Of a stretch of 23,238 bases of DNA, positions 17,984 to 23,238 are shown one piece after another. The stretch lies in contig JBHHYO010000043.1 in assembly GCA_046757665.1 (NCBI GenBank), positions 1 through 23,238 on the forward strand, read 5' to 3'. The stretch's first letter is position 1, and each line of letters begins with the position of its first letter. This DNA comes from Nitrospinales bacterium (lineage in GTDB: Bacteria; Nitrospinota; Nitrospinia; Nitrospinales; JAJDAT01). Below the pieces are notes generated by a model. That model was not told the origin of the DNA, made no database searches, and was given only the letters and a program-made list of their open reading frames with translations. The translations under genes were made by a program, and so were the position numbers.

Positions 17984-18967
17984 ATGTCTGACGGCCAACC
18001 CAAAAACTTAAACGCCGGGCCTTGCGAGCCGGTGGATTTGAGCGTGGTGATCCCGGTTTACAACGAAGAGGAAAATGTTCCGGTCATTTTTTCCAAACTG
18101 CAAGCCGTTCTCGGCTCCACGGGCAAAACCTTTGAAATTATCTTTGTTGACGACGGCAGTACGGACGCTTCCCTGCGTCGGATGCTGGATATCAAGAAGC
18201 AGGCGCCCGAAGTCCGGGTCTTCGGGTTGGGAAGAAACATGGGGAAATCCATCGCATTAGCTACAGGGTTCAAGCACGCCCTTGGGGAAAACGTGGTGAC
18301 GCTGGACGCCGACTATCAGGAGCCGCCCGAGGCGATTCCGAGTTTGATCGCCTGCCTGGACAACGGCTACGACATGGTTTCCGCCTGGCGGAAGAGAAGG
18401 CGGGACCCTCTTGAGAAAGTATGGAGTTCCAAAATCTTCAACTGGCTGGTTCACAAAATCGCGCGCACATCCATCCATGATATTAATTGTGGATTCAAAA
18501 TTTACAAGAAGGAAGTCGTCAAAAACATCCAGCTTCATGGCGGGTTGCACCGCGTGATACCCATTCTCGCGGAAAGGGCAGGCTACCGGGTCGGCGAAAT
18601 GGTCGTGGAACACCGCCCCCGGGAACACGGGGAAACCAAGTTCCGCGGAGTCTTCCGGGGACTGCATGGCATTTTCGATTTGTTGACGGTCCTGTTTCTT
18701 GCCAGTTACCACAAACGGCCCATGCATTTTTTCGGAATGGTCGGATTGATTTTGTTCCTCTTTGGCCTGGCCATCAATGCCTTTTTGACGTTTCGCTATT
18801 TTCTTGGAATCGGTTTCATCGGAGAAAGACTCCCCTTGCTGATGCTGGGCATCCTGTCGATGATCCTGGGGTTTCAGTCCTTTTGCATAGGACTGCTGGG
18901 AGAAATGTTCGTTCGCGGAACCTCGGAGGCGGCCCCCAAGGGTCAGGACGAAGAAATCCACTCATGA
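17984..18967 (+). CDS. Glycosyltransferase family 2, ArnC/GtrB/DPM1-like (polyprenyl-phosphate glycosyltransferase)
   Basis: SVVIPVYNEE, VDDGSTD, DAD, D.NCGFK and HR motifs, with two C-terminal TM helices. Confidence 0.92.
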   Translation: MSDGQPKNLNAGPCEPVDLSVVIPVYNEEENVPVIFSKLQAVLGSTGKTFEIIFVDDGSTDASLRRMLDIKKQAPEVRVFGLGRNMGKSIALATGFKHALGENVVTLDADYQEPPEAIPSLIACLDNGYDMVSAWRKRRRDPLEKVWSSKIFNWLVHKIARTSIHDINCGFKIYKKEVVKNIQLHGGLHRVIPILAERAGYRVGEMVVEHRPREHGETKFRGVFRGLHGIFDLLTVLFLASYHKRPMHFFGMVGLILFLFGLAINAFLTFRYFLGIGFIGERLPLLMLGILSMILGFQSFCIGLLGEMFVRGTSEAAPKGQDEEIHS

Positions 18968-20076
18968 AAATCGCCTTGCTCGGTTTGACGTTTCCCTACC
19001 GCGGGGGGATTTCCCACTTCACCACCACGTTGTACCATCATCTCCGGGAAAGGCACGAGGTTGAGCTTGTTTCATTTTCCCGGTTGTACCCGAAAATACT
19101 TTTCCCCGGAAAGACGCAGTTCGACTTCGGCGCAAGCGCCTTCAAGGCGCCCTCGCGCTCGAAGATCGATACCCTGAATCCCCTGACCTGGATCGAGGTT
19201 TTCCGGTTTATCAAACGATTCAACCCCCGCCTGGCGCTTTTCATGTGGTGGAGTCCGGCGTCGGCGCCGTGCTATTTTACCGTGGCCTGGCTGATGAAAA
19301 AAGCCCGCGTCGGCAAAGCCGTTTATTACTGCCACAATGTGTTCCCCCACGAGATGCACTGGCTTGCGAAAATCCTGACGCGCATGGCGCTGGCGTCGGC
19401 CGATACACTCCTGGTCCATACGGACCGCGATGTGGAGACCCTGCGCCGCCTGTTTCCCGCAACCCCGGTGCACAAGCTCTTCCACCCGTTGTATGACGTT
19501 TTTCCCAAAAAAGGAATTTCCCGGGAAGAGGCAAGAAAAACCTTGAATGTTCCTTGCCGCACACTTTTGTTTTTTGGCCATATCAGAAAGTACAAGGGCC
19601 TGCAAACCCTGATCCGGGCGATGCCTCATGTTTTGAAAGAACAGGACTGCCACCTTGTGATTGCGGGGGAATTTTACGAGTCGAGGGAAAAATATACCGA
19701 CATGATCGCGTCTGCCGGTTTAAATGAACACATAACGATTCACGACCAATACATTACCAATGACGATGTGGAGGCGTATTTCGCGTCTGCCGACATCGTG
19801 ATCCTGCCGTACGAGTCCGCTTCCCAGAGCGGCGTGGTTCAGGTGGCCTATCATTTCGACAAGCCCGTTGTCACGACAAACGTTGGCGGCTTGCCGGAAG
19901 TCGTGGAACCGGGGAAAACCGGTTATCTCGTCCCTCCGGGCGACCCCCGGGCGCTCGCCGACGCCATATTGCAATTTTATCGGGAGAAAAATACGGTCGA
20001 TTTCAAATCGAACATCCAGAACTTCAAGGCGGGGTTTTCGTGGGAGCATTTGATCCGAATGGTCGAGAAAATTTAA
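18964..20076 (+). CDS. Glycosyltransferase family 4 (GT-B)
   Basis: Starts MKIALLG with ATGA overlap on the GT2 stop. YRGGI, LFFGHIRKYKGL, PY.SASQSG and PVV.T.VGGLPE motifs. Confidence 0.92.
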   Translation: MKIALLGLTFPYRGGISHFTTTLYHHLRERHEVELVSFSRLYPKILFPGKTQFDFGASAFKAPSRSKIDTLNPLTWIEVFRFIKRFNPRLALFMWWSPASAPCYFTVAWLMKKARVGKAVYYCHNVFPHEMHWLAKILTRMALASADTLLVHTDRDVETLRRLFPATPVHKLFHPLYDVFPKKGISREEARKTLNVPCRTLLFFGHIRKYKGLQTLIRAMPHVLKEQDCHLVIAGEFYESREKYTDMIASAGLNEHITIHDQYITNDDVEAYFASADIVILPYESASQSGVVQVAYHFDKPVVTTNVGGLPEVVEPGKTGYLVPPGDPRALADAILQFYREKNTVDFKSNIQNFKAGFSWEHLIRMVEKI

Positions 20077-20175
20077 CCGATGGCGTTCGATCGACGGCGG
20101 AATGGTGGGGGCCGGATTTGACTTTGCCCGGTGACTCTGCTAAAAACCGGGGCCATCGACTTTCCGATGGTTTCT

Positions 20176-22248
20176 ATGGCAGAACTGGTTATTGAAATTG
20201 GCACGGAGGAAATCCCGTCCGGGTATGTAGAGCCGGCCTTGCAGTATCTGGAGCGGGAGTTGGCGGCATATTTTGAGAAAAACCGCGTTCAGGCGGGGTC
20301 TGCCCGCGTCATGGGCACGCCGCGCCGCTTGCTGGCGTCCTTCTCCGGCATGGAGGTTCGCCAGCGGGACGTGGTGGAAACCTGCGATGGGCCCAGCGTA
20401 AAAATCGCTTTCGACGCACAGGGCGCGCCCACCCGCGCCGCCATCGGGTTCGCCCGCGGCAAGGGCGTGGACGTCGGTTCCCTGACGCGCAAAACCACCG
20501 CCAAGGGCGAGATCGTTTGCGCGCGGGTCGAAAAAAAAGGCGAACCCACCCGGGACCTCCTGAACGCTTTCCTGTCGCGGCTCATTAGCGGCATCCCGTT
20601 TCCAAAAAAAATGCGGTGGGGAAACAAACACCTGCTTTTTGCCCGGCCGGTGCATTGGATCGCCGCCTTGTTCGACGGCCGGCCGCTCGATTTTGAACTC
20701 GACGGCCTGCACTGCGGCGATGCCTCCCGGGGGCACCGCTTCCTGAAACCCGAAGCCTTCCGATTCGACAGCCTGGAAACCTACCTCAAACAATGCGAGG
20801 CGCATTTTGTCCTCGTCGATCCGCAAGTCCGCAAACGCGAGATTTGGGACGCAATCCAGACGCTTGCCCGCGGCGTGGGCGGACTGGTGCGGGAAGAGCC
20901 GGAATTACTGCGCGAAGTGACCTACCTGGTGGAATTTCCCACGCCCCTGCTTTGCGATTTTGAAACCGAATACTTGAGCCTGCCCAAGGAACTGCTGACC
21001 ATCACCATGAAACACCATCAGAAATATTTCCCGGTGTCCCGCGACAACGGCGACCTGATGCCCCATTTCATTACCGTCAGCAACATGAAACCGGGGAGCG
21101 GCGATGTCATCAAACGCGGCAATGAACGGGTGCTGAAGGCCCGGCTGGAAGACGCCCGGTTTTTTTACAACGAAGACCGCAAGAAAAAACTGGAAGACTA
21201 TGTGGAACTTCTGAAAGGCGTCGTGTTCCAAAAAACCCTGGGAACGTCCCATGAAAAAATGACCCGGTTCCGGACGCTCGCCGGGACGCTGGCGCAAAAG
21301 GTTTGCCCGCAAGCCCTGGCCGACGTTGACCGGGCCGCCCTGCTGTGCAAGGCCGACCTGGTCACGCAGATGGTTTATGAGTTTCCCGAATTGCAGGGCG
21401 TCATGGGCAGTTATTACGCCGCTCATTCGGGAGAAAACGAGACCGTGGCCCGCGCCGTCCGGGAACATTACTGCCCGGCGTTCGCCGGAGACGCTCTGCC
21501 CTCGGACGCCGTCGGCGCCGTCGTCGCCGTCGCCGACAAAATGGACACCATCCTCGGCTGTATCGGCGTGCGGCTGATTCCGTCGGGTTCGGAAGACCCT
21601 TACGGACTGCGCCGGCATTCTCTGGGCATCATCCAGATTATCCTCGACCGGGGCTGGCGGATCTCCCTGAATGAATTGATCGACGCCGGGACGGACCTGC
21701 TTCGCGAAAAAATCAAACTTACGCGGGAGGAAATTCGCTCGCACACCCTTGATCTGTTTTTGCAAAGGCTCAAAACTTATTTCGGCGCGGCGGGTTATCC
21801 TTACGATGCCGTTGACGCCGTGCTTTCAACGGGGATCGATTTTCTTGTGGACGTTGATAAAAAGGTCGCGGCGTTTTCGGCGTTGAAACAGCAGTCCCAC
21901 TTCGAGCCCCTGGCCATCACCTTCCGGCGGGTGGTCAGTATTCTGACCGAGGAAGCGCAAGGCGCCGTGCAACCGGAATTGCTAAGCGAACCGCAGGAAA
22001 AACACCTGTACGAACATTACCTGAAAATCCGCGAGCCCGTGGAGCACATGACCCGGCAGAGCGATTTTTCCGGAGCCCTGGCGAAAATCGTCGAAATTAA
22101 AAGCTCCGTCGATGATTTTTTCGACCATGTGATGGTCATGGTCGATGACGCCGCCCTGCGAAAAAACCGTCTGTGCCTGTTGCACGACATTTCCCTGCTG
22201 TTCTCCCGGCTGGCGGACTTTTCCAGGATCGTTCTCAAAAAAAGTTGA
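20176..22248 (+). CDS. glyS: Glycine--tRNA ligase beta subunit
   Basis: EIGTEEIP, TPRRL, MRWG, GHRF, GNERVL.ARL.DA.FF, KADL.T.MV.EFPELQG, GS.DPYGLRR, FFD.VMVM and NRL motifs. Confidence 0.97.
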   Translation: MAELVIEIGTEEIPSGYVEPALQYLERELAAYFEKNRVQAGSARVMGTPRRLLASFSGMEVRQRDVVETCDGPSVKIAFDAQGAPTRAAIGFARGKGVDVGSLTRKTTAKGEIVCARVEKKGEPTRDLLNAFLSRLISGIPFPKKMRWGNKHLLFARPVHWIAALFDGRPLDFELDGLHCGDASRGHRFLKPEAFRFDSLETYLKQCEAHFVLVDPQVRKREIWDAIQTLARGVGGLVREEPELLREVTYLVEFPTPLLCDFETEYLSLPKELLTITMKHHQKYFPVSRDNGDLMPHFITVSNMKPGSGDVIKRGNERVLKARLEDARFFYNEDRKKKLEDYVELLKGVVFQKTLGTSHEKMTRFRTLAGTLAQKVCPQALADVDRAALLCKADLVTQMVYEFPELQGVMGSYYAAHSGENETVARAVREHYCPAFAGDALPSDAVGAVVAVADKMDTILGCIGVRLIPSGSEDPYGLRRHSLGIIQIILDRGWRISLNELIDAGTDLLREKIKLTREEIRSHTLDLFLQRLKTYFGAAGYPYDAVDAVLSTGIDFLVDVDKKVAAFSALKQQSHFEPLAITFRRVVSILTEEAQGAVQPELLSEPQEKHLYEHYLKIREPVEHMTRQSDFSGALAKIVEIKSSVDDFFDHVMVMVDDAALRKNRLCLLHDISLLFSRLADFSRIVLKKS

Positions 22249-22338
22249 AGCAGGAACTGTTTGCTCTTCAATCTTTTGCTTCATGCAATAACCGGGTTGG
22301 GCCGTTTCTAGGGCGGAGGAACCATAAAACCCTGATCC

Positions 22339-22383
22339 AGCCTTTTTCGCTTCGTTCGCTACGCTCACTTCGCCAAAAAGGCT
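22339..22383. repeat. Imperfect palindrome (REP-like or IS-associated hairpin)
   Basis: AGCCTTTTT (22339-22347) and AAAAAGGCT (22375-22383) flank CGCTTCGTTCGCTACGCTCACTTCGCC. Confidence 0.5.
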
Positions 22384-22632
22384 ATCGTTGCCTATTCAAC
22401 ACATAATGTCCAAGATACAAGGCTCAGCATGACATCCAAAAAAATCTTATTAAAGCGAGTTTTTCAGCAACCTGTTGGTCCCATCGGGACGGCTGAAACT
22501 TGAAGAGTCGGAAAGGGAGGTTGCCGCTCATTTTCCCCCGGATACTACGGATACCTTCTCAAAAAAGCTTGCACAACCAAGAAGAATGGATAAAGGAATT
22601 TTAACGGTCAAAGAGAGAACCCTGGATTAAAT

Positions 22633-23238
22633 ATGAATTCCAATCCAAAAACCACTCGATTTTTGACAGGAAAAAAGAAAGAGGTTGTTTTATTTCTAAT
22701 AACAGCATTTTTCACCTTATCGATTTCCATGTTTTTTGTAGAAAAGTTTTATTGGGCAAAAAATAAAAGCTATTGGGTTTGCGAAATATGCCAATTCGAT
22801 TCAACGTTGGGGTGGGTGCTCATTCCAAGCAAAACCGTCACTAACGGCAAGGTAACTTATACCACCAATTCATCAGGGTTTAGATCTCGTGAGGTTGATC
22901 CATCCAAAGACCATATTCTTGTCATTGGAGATTCGGTGGCATTCGGTGCGGGTGTCAATGACGATGAAACCTTCTCCTATTATTTGGGACATGAATTCGA
23001 TCGCTACCAGGTTTTAAATTTGGCGGTGCCTGGGTACAGTCTCGATCAATATTATTTAACCCTGAAGAAACACATCTCAAAAACCAATGTAAAATTAGTC
23101 ATAGTAATGATCTTTACTGGGAACGATTGGTTGGAAACGGCACAGGACAACATGTTTGGGATCAGCAAACCATTTTTTAAGATCAACAACGGTCAGCTGG
23201 TTTTAACTAACAAGAAGATATCGAGATATACATGCAAT
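22633..23238 (+). CDS. SGNH/GDSL hydrolase family protein with N-terminal TM anchor (3'-partial)
   Basis: Manually translated open frame running off the window: TM helix, LGW, TNSSGFR, block I ILVIGDSVAFG, block II LNLAVPGYS, block III GND. Visibly more AT-rich than upstream genes. Confidence 0.88.
   Translation, partial: MNSNPKTTRFLTGKKKEVVLFLITAFFTLSISMFFVEKFYWAKNKSYWVCEICQFDSTLGWVLIPSKTVTNGKVTYTTNSSGFRSREVDPSKDHILVIGDSVAFGAGVNDDETFSYYLGHEFDRYQVLNLAVPGYSLDQYYLTLKKHISKTNVKLVIVMIFTGNDWLETAQDNMFGISKPFFKINNGQLVLTNKKISRYTCN

Noticed and set aside
18487-18963. 529-aa extended GT4 ORF from the track
   Set aside because: The N-terminal ~160 aa overlap the GT2 gene in another frame and look non-protein-like. 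The real start is MKIALLG at 18964 (ATGA coupling).
173-21765. Long antisense or alternate-frame ORFs (e.g. 173-1054 -, 1800-2804 -, 8916-9734 -, 12981-13919 -, 13730-14680 +, 20905-21765 -)
   Set aside because: They are shadows of well-supported genes in GC-rich DNA and carry no recognisable motifs.

Overview
A 23.2-kb bacterial chromosomal window devoted mostly to the cell surface. Gene style is compatible with a Nitrospina/deltaproteobacterium-like organism, but this is a tentative impression. In order it contains: an MBOAT (AlgI/DltB-like) O-acyltransferase whose 5' part appears to be replaced by an IS-like terminus; two small single-TM ORFs missing from the ORF track; a ModF-like ABC ATPase; two paralogous Ser/Thr-rich exported proteins; a TPR lipoprotein; a cold-shock protein; a Cys-paired exported protein; and a polysaccharide deacetylase. 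Next comes a type IV minor-pilin operon (fimT/pilV/pilW/pilX-like). Where pilY1 normally lies, there are two tandem 54-aa secreted micro-proteins ending in KIKEFRE, possibly a minimal stand-in for the PilY1 C-terminal strand. These are followed by a TPR lipoprotein and a glycosylation cluster: an STT3/AglB-like GT-C membrane protein, an ArnT/PMT-like GT-C, an NAD-dependent epimerase, a radical SAM/SPASM enzyme, a GT2 and a GT4. The window ends with glyS (no adjacent glyQ), a palindromic/IS-like remnant and the start of a low-GC SGNH hydrolase gene. No rRNA, tRNA or CRISPR array was seen.
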